NCBI RefSeq assembly: GCF_009914755.1
Contig: NC_060945.1
Origin: the human T2T-CHM13v2.0 reference genome, Homo sapiens
Direction: 5' to 3' (one strand)
DNA length: 64,000 nucleotides
Under the pieces are notes generated by a model that was given only the letters and a program-made list of their open reading frames with translations, was not told where the DNA came from and ran no database searches. Below, piece after piece: positions 13,283 to 25,178 of the stretch (positions are counted from its first letter, which is position 1; the number at the start of each line of letters is the position of its first letter). The translations under genes and the position numbers were made by a program.

Positions 13283-15924
13283 TAAAACTTGTTACTCCAT
13301 AACTCAGAGTGATTCAGCTCTCACTAACAACCTGGTGTTCTCCATTTTCCTTTAGCCTGGACTATAGCTATTCATCACTTTTGAGAATTTTTAAGAGGCA
13401 ACGTTCTTGCATGTGATCTGGTTTATAGAACCAGGATAAAAGGTCAGTGTTGACTCCAAAGTTTCCCAGGCCCGGGATCTCCTCAGAAATATGTGGCAGA
13501 GACAGACCTGCAGGATAAAGACAAGATATGCAGTCTTTTCTCATTCACTCCATTGATAGCTAGTAACAGCCGACCATATCTCAGTTGAATGAAGTTAAAA
13601 AGATAGATAGACAAATAGATACAGTAGAGTGTAGTCCATATAATGGTTTAGTATACATAGGAAGTACACAAATACAGTAACATCTGGACAAACTAGAGGA
13701 TGGGAGAAGAAGGGAATTGAGAGAGTATTGCAAGAAGTGAAGAACCCAGGGTTTGAGCTAGCCTCCTGAATCCACATGTATAGAGTTGTAGAATTGGAGT
13801 ACTACAAAGGATGTCAGAAATCATCTAATCTAGTCACCCTTTGTTACAGACTAGAAAGTAGAAATCTCATAGCCTAGGAGTTGAACTGAATTGAAGAAAG
13901 TCCCATAACAAGTCAGGGGCAGCGCCAGGATTAAATTGGAATCGGGGTTCATTGATGACTGGCCCAGCGATACTCCCTCAACAGGTAACGAATTTCTAAG
14001 GTTCTATGAGCACAGCTACAGGAGGGATTAGGCCAGCAATAGGGTCGCTGGTGGCAGTAGAGGCCTAAACCTGCATGGCTTACACCTCTGTCTGCAAAGT
14101 GACTGACTCATTCCAGGCCTATCTGTGCACTCTGCAGTACCTCTGCTCAGAAGGTGCCAATGGGGGAAATGCTAGATAGATAATTTGGCTTGAGCATAGA
14201 GTGTGAGGGAAGGACACATACTGAAAATAGGAAGGAGAATGAGAAACCTGAATCAAGAACCAGCCTAACAAATATTAGGCCTTTGAATTATAAAGCAGGC
14301 ATATTGTATGGCTTTAGAAAATTACAAGATCATAAAGATGAGCAAATAAGACTAGAAAATTATGACTTTGGGACCTTGTGTCTGAAGTAAATGGAGAGGC
14401 ACTTTGGGGAGTGGCAGGCAATGAAAACACATCTACCACCTGAGATGACTCACAGAAATTCAAAACAGCCTCTTTTTTTTAAGTCCAATTCAAATATAGT
14501 CAAGTGAGGGAGGGTACATCATTTATTCTCAACTCACTGTGTTTAGTTTCTTAAAAGATGGCCGAATTGTAAAAAAAGCTTTTGAATGGGGCAGTTCTAG
14601 TGTCAGTTGTTCTCTCTTTTCCTTTTTTACTTACCCACTACTATAAACTACCATAGATACATTCTTTACATTCAGTTAGTTAGTTTTACGTTTCCCAATT
14701 TCCACATTTGTAATTATAGCCTAGGAAGCTTCTTTGCTTGGAGAAAGATGTTCTTATATTAAAACATAAAACTCTTCTCAAGCATCCACTAGTTCATCCA
14801 GTAAGCAATTTCATCATTACATACCAGAGGTCAGTATTGCACTATTAATTTACATGAGTGATTAATTTTTACTTTCCCAGTAATAAAGATGAGAAACAAA
14901 ATACCAAAGATTATTACTATATTAGAGCTTTGGTGTTAGTTCCTTAAGCAAGTATCATCTGTGCAGGCATGCACAGATCATGAATGGCTTAACAAAAATA
15001 CGAAAGAAAAAGAAAAAAGCCATCACAATGAAGGTGGCCTTTGTTCTTTAGGAAGACATTCATAACTCATTCCAGGCATATTAATTATGCAACTTTTACA
15101 CAAAAGTTACTTTATATTGAGAAATGTTCACAACTAGCAGTATTAACAGACATGCTGGCAGTGAATTAAAAAGATAACAATAGTTTTTAAAGCCTCATTC
15201 AAATCTGCATATCTACAATAGTGTATCAATTTGGGATGGCCAAAGTTATAGATAATTTGGATAAATAAAATAGGGGCTCAGCAGTAAAATAATGACTGTA
15301 TCTCCAGAAGCTTTAAGATTAATGAAAAGAAGAAAAGACTAAAGGCAGATCAAGCTGTCATGCTGACTACAGACATAGTAAAGGCTTTCCACAGAAAGAG
15401 AAAATAGATTAGTCTTGTTTTACTCTGGTCAACAAAGGGTAGAATTATAGAAATGGAGATTGCAGCTGCATATAGATAGAATTGTTAAGACTCATAGCTA
15501 TTCCAACATCTTTGCCTAGGGGGCCATAGGGAGTGCCAACATCGAGTATCAGAACAAACTAGATGAATGCCAAAATCTCTTATACTCTAAGGTTATATGA
15601 GAAAGTGATTTTGATGCCAAAGAGTAAATATTCCACAAATTCCAAACCTCCTTCCAGGCATATATATTCGAGTAGCACCTTCTTTAAGAAGTCTCCCTTA
15701 ATCTGAGAACACAGTTTGCTTGTGTTTCTAATACTTTGACCATACATTGTCTTTTGTCATCTTTTGACCATATTGTACATTTATGTATTATTTAGCTTTG
15801 TGTTGTTATGTCTTATCTAAAACCAAGATTCTTCTTTTAGGAATACATGTTATTTTATCCTCTATGACACCTAGCACAATACAATGAAGTTAGTAGATAC
15901 TCAGATAATATCTGTAGTCTGAAC

Positions 15925-16060
15925 CTATTTCCTTATCTAAACAGTAAGGAATAAGAACACCCACTTTACCTGCCTCACTGAGCTGTTTTGAAGATCAGAT
16001 GAAATAATGTGCCTGAAAGCACTTTGAAAAGTATAGAATGTTATACAAATGTAAGGCATT
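15925..16060 (+). mobile_element. MIR fragment
   Basis: tttccttatct...tacctgcctcactgagctgttttgaagatcagatgaaataatgtgcctgaaagcactttg. Confidence 0.6.
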
Positions 16061-16530
16061 CTAATTTCAGAGGGAGGTTTTTCTCAGTTACAACCTCCAT
16101 GTCAGCTCGAATAAAGGAACATTTTTTAAAACTTAATCTGAAAAGAAACTTGTCCCTTCTAGGCACAAATTATAAAACTCCCCAAAAAATGTTTGTATAT
16201 ATTTTTGTTTGTTTGTTCCTAAATAGTATAATGAGCTATGGTCTTTCAGGGAAAATGTTGCTCTGATACTAGTTCACAATGTAGAAAATTGCCCTTATGT
16301 ACTTTCAGGAAAGAATTGCAAACAAATGAGCTATTTTCTTTTCTCAAGTAAAGTGACTTCCCAAGCATGGGTGGCAGCTGTTCAAGTCCATCTGGTCAAG
16401 AATTCACTAAGATCATAATGTGAAAGTTGCTCAAGTGCAGATTTGCACGACAGCCTGCAAATGTTCCTTTGGAGACGAAATGGTTTCTCAGGTCAATGAT
16501 CTGCATATTTAAAAGTCTCTAGGACACCCT

Positions 16531-17330
16531 AAGATGGCGGCGAGGGAGACGGTGAAGGTTGGCTCCCGCCTGTCTGGGCTCTGATCCTCTGTCTCCCCCT
16601 CCCCCTGCGGCCGGCTCATGGCCTGGCGGAGGCCCGAACCAAAGACCTCCGCACCGCCGTGTACAACGCCGCCCGTGACGGCAAGGGGGCAGCTGCTCCA
16701 GAAGCTGCTCAGCAGCCGGAGCCGGGAGGAACTGGACGAGCTGACTGGCTAGGTGGCCGGCGGGGGGACGCCGCTGCTCATCGCCGCCTGCTACGGCCAC
16801 CTGGACGTGGTGGAGTACCTGGTGGACCCGTGCGGCGCGAGCGTGGAGGCCGGTGGCTCGGTGCACTTCGATGGCGAGACCATGGAGGGTGCGCCGCCGC
16901 TGTGGGCGCGGACCACCTGGACGTGGTACGGAGCCTGCTGCGCCGCGGGGCCTCGGTGAACTGCACCACGCGCACCAACTCCACGCCCCTCCGCGCCGCC
17001 TGCTTCGAGGGCCTCCTGGAGGTGGTGCGCTACCTGGTCGGCGAGCACCAGGCCAACCTGGAGGTGGCCAACCGGCACGGCCACATGTGCCTCATGATCT
17101 CGTGCTACAAGGGCCACCGTGAGATCGCCCGCTACCTGCTGGAGCAGGGCGCCCAGGTGAACTGGCGCAGCGCCAAGGGCAACACGGCCCTGCACAACTG
17201 TGCCGAGACCAGCAGCCTGGAGATCCTGCAGCTGCTGCTGGGGTGCAAGGCCAGCATGGAACGTGATAGCTACGGCATGACCCCGTTGCTCCCGGCCAGC
17301 GTGACGGGCCACACCAACATCGTGGAGTAC
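16531..17330. promoter_or_regulatory. Imported CpG-rich segment with a YY1-type motif aagatggcggc (16531-16541)
   Basis: Dense CpGs against a CpG-poor, AT-rich background; motif read directly; activity unknown. Confidence 0.5.
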
Positions 17331-18638
17331 CTCATCCAGGAGCAGCCCGGCCAGGAGCAGCTCATAGGGGTAGAGGCTCAGCTTAGGCTGCCCCAAGAAG
17401 GCTCCTCCACCAGCCAGGGGTGTGCGCAGCCTCAGGGGGCTCCGTGCTGCATCTTCTCCCCTGAGGTACTGAACGGGGAATCTTACCAAAGCTGCTGTCC
17501 CACCAGCCGGGAAGCTGCCATGGAAGCCTTGGAATTGCTGGGATCTACCTATGTGGATAAGAAACGAGATCTGCTTGGGGCCCTTAAACACTGGAGGCGG
17601 GCCATGGAGCTGCGTCACCAGGGGGGTGAGTACCTGCCCAAACTGGAGCCCCCACAGCTGGTCCTGGCCTATGACTATTCCAGGGAGGTCAACACCACCG
17701 AGGAGCTGGAGGCGCTGATCACCGACGCCGATGAGATGCGTATGCAGGCCTTGTTGATCCGGGAGCGCATCCTCAGTCCCTCGCACCCCGACACTTCCTA
17801 TTGTATCCGTTACAGGGGCGCAGTGTATGCCGACTCGGGGAATATCGAGTGCTACATCCGCTTGTGGAAGTACGCCCTGGACATGCAACAGAGCAACCTG
17901 GAGCCTCTGACCCCCATGAGCGCCAGCAGCTTCCTCTCCTTCGCCGAACTCTTCTCCTACGTGCTGCAGGACCCGGCTGCCAAAGGCAGCCTGGGCACCC
18001 AGATCGGCTTTGCAGACCTCATGGGGGTCCTCACCAAAAGGGTCCGGGAAGTGGAATGGGCCCTGCAGCTGCTCAGGGAGCCTAGAGACTCGGCCCAGTT
18101 CAACAAGGCGCTGGCCATCATCCTCCACCTGCTCTACCTGCTGGAGAAAGTGGAGTGCACCCCCAGCCAGGAGCACCTGAAGCACCAGACCATCTATCGC
18201 CTGCTCAAGTGCGCACCCAGGGGCAAGAACGGCTTCACGCCTCTGCACATGGCTGTGGACAAGGACACCACAAACGTGGGCCGCTACCCCGTGGGCAGAT
18301 TCCCCTCGTTGCACGTGGTCAAAGTGCTGTTCGACTGCGGGGCCGACCGGGACAGCAGGGATTTTGACAACAACACCCCGCTACACATAGCAGCCCAGAA
18401 CAACTGCCCGGCCATCGTGAATGCCCTGACTGAAGCAGGGGCCCACATGGACGCCACCAACGCCTTCAAGAAGACGGCCTACGAGCTGCTGGAAGAGAAG
18501 CTGCTGGCCAGGGGTACCATGCAGCCCTTCAACTACGTGACGCTGCAGTGCCTTGCAGCCCAGGCCCTGGATAAGAACAAGATCCCTTACAAGGGCTTCA
18601 TCCCGGAAGATCTGGAGGCATTCATCGAACTGCACTGA
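16659..18638 (+). CDS. Residual 659-codon open frame of the FEM1A retrocopy (GTG start; first ATG at 17085 gives 517 aa); translation unproven
   Basis: ORF track; the frame is stop-free from 16533 to TGA 18636-18638 because two frameshifts compensate. Confidence 0.3.
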   Translation: MYNAARDGKGAAAPEAAQQPEPGGTGRADWLGGRRGDAAAHRRLLRPPGRGGVPGGPVRRERGGRWLGALRWRDHGGCAAAVGADHLDVVRSLLRRGASVNCTTRTNSTPLRAACFEGLLEVVRYLVGEHQANLEVANRHGHMCLMISCYKGHREIARYLLEQGAQVNWRSAKGNTALHNCAETSSLEILQLLLGCKASMERDSYGMTPLLPASVTGHTNIVEYLIQEQPGQEQLIGVEAQLRLPQEGSSTSQGCAQPQGAPCCIFSPEVLNGESYQSCCPTSREAAMEALELLGSTYVDKKRDLLGALKHWRRAMELRHQGGEYLPKLEPPQLVLAYDYSREVNTTEELEALITDADEMRMQALLIRERILSPSHPDTSYCIRYRGAVYADSGNIECYIRLWKYALDMQQSNLEPLTPMSASSFLSFAELFSYVLQDPAAKGSLGTQIGFADLMGVLTKRVREVEWALQLLREPRDSAQFNKALAIILHLLYLLEKVECTPSQEHLKHQTIYRLLKCAPRGKNGFTPLHMAVDKDTTNVGRYPVGRFPSLHVVKVLFDCGADRDSRDFDNNTPLHIAAQNNCPAIVNALTEAGAHMDATNAFKKTAYELLEEKLLARGTMQPFNYVTLQCLAAQALDKNKIPYKGFIPEDLEAFIELH

Positions 18639-21600
18639 CCTGCCCAGAACATCTGCACCCTCACCTCTCCCCTCTCCTGCTGAGACGGGGGAAATCAGGC
18701 TGGGGTATAGCAGATGCTCGTTCTTGCCTCCTTCAGGCACCAATCAGGAGAAGGGTTCTGCCTCCCATCCCCTTTACCTGAAGACAGGGTCTGAGGTGTT
18801 AGCGAGCCTTTGGTGCTAGAAGCCTTCAGGGTCACATGCCAAGAGGACAGTCTTTCTCCGGGAAGCCCACTGACTCAGAAATTCTGAGTTAGGAAAAGAC
18901 ACAAGACCTTCCCCACATCCTGTCTGCCTGGGTTACGGAGGCCTTTGCCTTGTTACCTAGAGGTGGAGGGACTGAAGCCATTGCGTTCCTTCCTTGCTAG
19001 AAACACAGGAAGAAGTTGAGGACGGTCTGCCTTCCCTTGTCCTTTTACATGGCCAGGTAACTCCAGCTGCTGAATACAGTGTTAGGACTGGGGGCTCCCG
19101 AGATGAGAGTTTGAAAGTCAGGGAATGAAACCACCTCTCATTTCTTCCAGCATGATCACGACCTGCTCCTGTGCCACCATAGTCCCTGGCAGACAGGCAG
19201 GGCTCTGCTCAGGGCAGCCTGCCACTTGCATAGCTTTTGGTTAGTTTGGTGTTCTGTTTATTTAATAAGTGGGCAGGTTGCAAGCATTGCACAGGAATTC
19301 TGAGATTTTACTGCCTTTTTTTTTTTTTTAAAGAAAGTTGTTTGTTGGACTCCGTAAGTGAATTTCAAGCAGTGAGGATTCTGTAGTGCCTGAGATGGCT
19401 GAGGCCACAGGGAGTGAGCTGTATGTGTGAGGAAGTTGGTGAGCGAGATAAAAGTCCATGGTTTCGACCCCTAAAACATGTGTGACTGTACATTTTTATA
19501 CATCTCCACTCTACGGCCTTTTACAGGCTTTCCAATTTTACAGGCCTTTCCAATTTTCCATTCTCATTAGAAAGAGAACTGTGCTTCCAAACAGAAATCA
19601 GGAGTGACCACAAAGCCTGACAACACTTTGCCACCCAGCAAGAACTGGCACAATTGGTTTGGGTCTGCATTGCCATAGTGTCCGAGTTAAAACTACAGGC
19701 CACTCCACCTTGCAAACCTCACGTGGCCTCTGATTTCATTGTGGGTGCATCCACAGGTGGCGCTAGCTCTTTTTTCAGCTGCTCCGAGGATTGGGACCTA
19801 AGTCATCATGAAAAAGGCCCAGGTACAGTCTTAATGTGATAAATCCACTAGCTAAGACGTTGAGTGCCAAGACTAGCCTTCCAGCCAAGGTTTGGACAAA
19901 GTCTCAAGTTCCCATGACTCAGGGTAAGGTGCTGGGGCTGCCAGAGGACCTGCCCCAGCAAGATTTTTCTCAAGAGTGAGACTCCATCAGCCCGGGCAGA
20001 CGTGAGCAGGTTCTTGGCTGGTGTAGACAGCAGCAAACAGCAGAAGGGAAGCCATTCTCACTACATCCTCCCTGCAGTAGCCACAGCCAGGCCCTTAGGA
20101 GGAGCAGCAACCGGGGGTGTCCAGAAACATCCCGTCCCTGGATGGAAACTAGGTCTCGTTTGGATTTTTTTTTCTTTTTTTTGCCATGTTATGAAATTAT
20201 TTATTAATTTACAAGACAGGTTTTATCTCAGCCAAGGAGGGAAATGGCGTCCCTGTCCCTCCCAAAGCACAGAGCAGAGAAATGAGGCTGTTTACATCGC
20301 GAGTCTCCGTGCTGGTGTTTAAGTCATTAAAAAGATATTCAAAAAAAAAGTCTCTAAATACAGGTTTATGGAATAATTCATAACAGCTTTAAGGAACTAT
20401 CATGGTATACTGGGAAAGTCACTCATATTGCAGGATAGATTTCTTCTGTTGGCTGGTGAGCATTTGTTTATAGTCGGCCTTGAATCTACCACAATTTTAG
20501 AAGTAGTTCTTTTATTTCTTTAAAAGCAACATTTTGGGACAAAATATTGTGAACAAATAAGGAATACGACTATATTTGTGAAACCCCTTGTTAATTTCCA
20601 AGTGATATTTTAAATCTTGAATAAGACATGTATGCTCATAAATAAAGAGGAAAAAGAAATAATTAAATCAATGTTCATAAGAGCTTCTCAGAAAATAAGA
20701 AAGAGATAAGTGATAGAACTATAATCTACAATCTACCCTAACAGTATATTTGCATCACTTCTTAAACTTTGTTTAGTATTTTAACACGCTGTTTCTTATT
20801 ATATGGGAAGAATGCTGTGAGGTAGCATGTTAATGTTTTGCAGATTAATAAACTGATGTTAAAAGAGATTAAGTGACTGATTTTGTACTTTCATTATCTC
20901 AAAAGTGCAACTAAAACTGCACTTAGGATTGCCACTCCTGTCGGGGGCCATGGCTTTGGTCCTATTTTCTGCAAGTCTCTGGATGACGTCTGTCCACCCA
21001 CTGTCTCTGAGTGCTCTCCTCACCTCGGCCTTCCTCCCTTATTTTAGTCCAACACCTGTCACCACTCTTCAGAATCCTCATGAAACTTCAGGAAGATCGA
21101 CTGGGTAGGGCTTGTTTCAGAATTATCATCCAGCATTCTAGGGCTGATTTAGAATTCAGAGAAAGAAGCAAAAGCACTTATCAAAGTGTCTGTTCTAGAG
21201 GTAAGCTCAGAGGCACCATGGCAATTCCCACATTTCCCCAGGATGTCTTCAGAAATACCTGATACTGTCATCTCAGGCCCAGATATCATCCACCAGCTGA
21301 AGGCCGTGGGCAACATTCACATCTCAGAGTAAAGAGTGTTTTAGAAGTCCATGGGCAATCACCAGTCATGCAAGGAGTTCCAGGGGCCAGCCAGTTGTTC
21401 CTTTCATGAGTTAGGAGGCAGTAAGGACATCACGGTGATCATTTCCACTGAAAACACAAATTTAAGTCCACTCTGCTACTCAGCAGTTAATGCTGACTTC
21501 TGAAAATTATGAAGCATTTATCACTATGGTCTCCTTCTAGGTTTATCAGTGCAGTCAGCTCAGAAAACTTTCATTCCTTTGGTATATCCAGCTCCAGCTA

Positions 21601-22056
21601 ATCAGGTAGGGAACAATGAAAACAGGCTGACATTTGATTCAGAGGTTCTGGAAAGAAAGTGGACCTGGCAACAAAGTGACTGCACTTACAACCCCCCAAC
21701 CTAATGTCATCAGGATCCAGGGTAGACCACCTGGGGCTACTGGGGAGAGAAGACAGTTTCAGAGGCTGTCTATTATAAGCAGCTCTGATTAACATCTTAG
21801 GACCACAAGACAAATTATCATTGGTATTTGAAGGCAAAAGTTCATGGATGATCTGGGCCTGGGTGAGTACCTGGGTCTAACTCACAAGTCTCAGAAAGGC
21901 CCTCTGGGTCCATTCCCGATATATTAACAAAATGCCTGAAACACAGTGGGGTTTGAGCAAATGATAGAATGAATGTTTATGGAAGGACGGTTGTCTGACC
22001 TCTTCTACTATACACTTTTGAGAAAGGTTCTCAGAATGTATGGTTAAAGTATTGTA

Positions 22057-22285
22057 TAGGTTGAGCATTCCTAATCCAAAAATCTGAAATTCACATTTTT
22101 TGAATGCTGACACAATGTTCAAAGGTCATACTCAAAAGGAAATGCTCATTAAAGCTTTGTAGATTTCTGATTTTTGAATTTGGGGTGTCAACCAGTAAGT
22201 TTAATGCAAATGTTGAAAAATTTTTTAAAAATCCAAAACGCATCTTGTCCCGAGAATTTTGGATAAGGAATACTCAAACTGCATT
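22057..22285. mobile_element. Tigger4 (Zombi)-type deletion derivative
   Basis: TIRs taggttgagcattcctaatccaaaaatc and ttttggataaggaatactcaaactg. Confidence 0.8.
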
Positions 22286-22321
22286 TCAATTGTTTGTTTG
22301 TTTGCTCTGTCTTCAAAAATG

Positions 22322-22621
22322 AGCCAGGTGCAGTGGCTCATGCCTGTACTCCCAGCACTTTGGGAGGCTGAGGTGGGCGGATCACTCGAGGAGTTGGAGA
22401 CCCGCCTGGCCAATATGGCAAAACCCTGTCTCTACTAAAAGTTAAAAAAAACACTTAGTCTGGCATGGTGGCAGGCTAATTTTGTAATCCCAGCTACTCA
22501 GGAGGCTGAGGCAGGAGAATCGCTTGAGCCCAGGAGACAGAGGTTGCCGTGAGCCAAGATTATGTCACTACACTCCAGCCTGGGTGAGAGAGTGAAACTC
22601 TGTCTCAAAAAAAAAAAAAAA
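22322..22621 (+). mobile_element. AluS
   Basis: Dimeric Alu with A-tail; flanks aaaaatga / aagaatga. Confidence 0.95.
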
Positions 22622-22727
22622 GAATGAGTTTCTTCAAGAGAGAAATTGTACCTTGTTCATGTCCATCACTCCCATGCATAATATGGTTCCATAAGAACTC
22701 AGTCCTTATGAAACTCCACTCAGTAAG

Positions 22728-22781
22728 GACTCAGTTTTTTCAGAATGAGCAGACCAAGTAAGAGCAATTACTTATTGTCAT
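22728..22781 (+). repeat. 54-bp dispersed direct repeat, copy 1
   Basis: 52/54 identical to 25125-25178. Confidence 0.95.
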
Positions 22782-24325
22782 GTAGCTCAGATGAGAAAGG
22801 GCTGGGATTTGAGAAAATGCTCTATTACTGAATAGGATCTGGATGGCTGGATTCCATCACAGATGTAAAGCAAGACTACAGTAGTGTGTCCAACAAGATC
22901 GAGTGATAGCAGGTTGTAGTGCAGGTAAGTAGATATCCACGAAGGGTTGCAAATGAAGTTTTGACCTGTCCAAACAGATGGATGCAGTACAAGACAATTT
23001 ATCCTTACAAGAAAGATAGCAAATTGGAATTAGGAATATTTGTCATTTCAGAGGGTCCAAGACAATGGTCCAGGATCCAGGACTGGGGAATCCCTTCCTG
23101 AGGACGATGACAGGTAAAAAAAAGGATCAAGCTGAAGCTCAAAAATCAGACTTGGGTGCCGGGAGAGGAGACTAAGGAACAGACTGAGATCCACTTACCA
23201 GAGCCAGGGTATTGTCTCTGCATAAGCTCAGAGACAAAGAAAAATGATGAAACCACAGCTGGCAGACACGTAGTCATGTAAATCTCCTTAGCATCATTGC
23301 AGGATTCGTGCTGAAAGTCGAGGCAATGGTGAAGCTGCAGGAGGGCTGTAGGTGGTCATAGCTCAGGAAGGAAGGGTCTTTCAGAGACTAGAAACTAGGT
23401 CTGAGCTAAAACATTTGCAATCTTGGATTTCTTTGGGGATGTTCATTCTACTAACAAACCAACACCAATTTAATTTCCTGATGTTTATTTTGGGAGGTTT
23501 ACAAGAATTAATTTCCTTGGAACTGATTTTTTTAAACATCCATTATAGAAAATTCTTTTTCTCACTTGTGAACACCTCTGAAAAAGAAGTATTATTTATA
23601 AAAGTTGGTACCTGTTGAACTATTAGAGTTGTGGGGAAAAGCCTTTACAGGGTTCACAAGAAAAAGCCTTCTCCAACTATGACTTACAGATGTACTCTTA
23701 AAATAATGACTTGACATATTTATATGTATATCATTAGTTTAATATCTTACCTAATTGTCCAACAAACTAATTCAATGTTGTTTGCAATGCATTAAATGAA
23801 CAAAAGATAAACTTGGTAATAGAGAATCCAGAAAGCCTAGTGGCCCATGAAATCACTGGATTTGCAAAGTTATTTTCTCTTCAGCGCTGTGCACTATCTC
23901 AGAACAAAATCTGTTGGCAAAGCACTTTATTGGCAACCAATGCGTTAGAATATAGAGACATTAGGAACGCCACATGGGGTCCAACCAATGCTCCATCCAG
24001 GCCAGCCTAGTGCAAAAGCAACATGAGTGGATTTTGGAGAGCGAGGTTGCCTGATGTGGTATCAGTTTGTAGTGTTGGAATTATTTAAAATATCTTCCCA
24101 AAATCATTTTGTGAACTAACATGGAACTCTATCATTTCAGACAAATCCCTTGATTTTTTCCCACAGCTCTCCCTCTTTGTGTTAGAGTTCCATACATGTA
24201 ATGCCCAATATGTGAAGAGAAAATTAACATTCCCCTTTTTCTACTTGCAGACTTCCAAACATTTACTGAAACCTTAAACTCTTACTGATTCTTTAAACTG
24301 TCCCCATTCCAGTTTTCTCTACAGC

Positions 24326-24490
24326 AAGTAGCTCTCAATGTGTAGTCCTCAGATGGGCAGCATCCACTGGAAAACTGCTAGGAATGCACATTCTCAGGCC
24401 TCACCCAAGATCTGCTGAATCAGAAGCTCTGGGGTGGAACCCAACAACCTGCATTTTAACAAGCCTTCCAGATGACTCTGAAGCATGCTC
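24326..24490. mobile_element. MER5A
   Basis: ctctcaatgtgtagtcc...ctgaatcagaagctctggggtgg...ttttaacaagccttccagatgactctg. Confidence 0.8.
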
Positions 24491-25124
24491 CATACTGACA
24501 ACTAATGCAATGCATTATGGTAAATTTGCCCACCCACCCTCTGGCCAAAATAACATCTAATTGCATTTCCTTTTTAGTTTGATGAGTACTTATCTCGGTA
24601 TCTTTTAATTCACCTGATGTTTCTGTTGGTAACAAAACCAACAAAAACGTTGTAAATTTGGTACACTGAAATGCAAAATAAGAGTGAAGGAGAGGACACT
24701 GGTAGTGAAATCAACAACTATAAAGCAGTTTGGGGAAATTCAGTTTAGGGACAGGCATTATATCTCAAAAATCCAGTGAGCATCACATTATAAAAGCACG
24801 GCTCCAAAGGTGACGATTTCATGTGAGGACCCTTCAGTCACAAACAGAGGATTAGCTCACGTTCATTATTTCCAAATTTCCCTCACCAAAGCACACATTA
24901 TTAAGGCATTTTTGAGACATTTTTATCAAAATGAAAATGTGTTTGACAATGGAGCAAACTGAGATATATGAAATATTTACTTGTTTGAATATCTGAAGAT
25001 ACTAGAAATGTGTCCTTAATTTACTCTGTCTTATATGAAATGTAAACCAATGCTATCCATTAGCTTCTAAACATGTTCCAACTGATGCATGTTGCAACTG
25101 TTCCAGCCCTGTTGCATAGGACAA

Positions 25125-25178
25125 GACTCAGTTTTTTCAGAATGAGCAGACGAAGTAAGACCAATTACTTATTGTCAT
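25125..25178 (+). repeat. 54-bp dispersed direct repeat, copy 2
   Basis: 52/54 identical to 22728-22781. Confidence 0.95.

Larger units (their letters stand above)
16522..20345 (+). pseudogene. FEM1A: Processed retrocopy of FEM1A (CRL2 substrate receptor) with 5' UTR, CDS and about 1.7 kb of 3' UTR
   Basis: Translation matches FEM1A ankyrin repeats, TPR region and C-terminal TLQCLAA VHL-box, ending IELH*. ATTAAA at 20326-20331, then an A-run. 11-bp TSD aaaagtctcta at 16511-16521 and 20346-20356, at a ttt/aaaa L1 endonuclease site. Parental ATG reads AAA (16641-16643); +1 indel near 16686; TAG at 16750 in the parental frame; about 10-nt deletion near 16907. Confidence 0.96.

Noticed and set aside
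16791-18314. 507-aa antisense ORF
   Set aside because: Shadow frame of the GC3-rich FEM1A CDS; no recognisable protein
16659-18638. Calling this the functional FEM1A gene, which is itself intronless
   Set aside because: Lost ATG, frameshifts, an A-tail and a TSD show it is a retrocopy
19519-19557. Short tandem duplication in the FEM1A 3' UTR copy
   Set aside because: May be inherited from the parent mRNA; cannot be judged without an alignment
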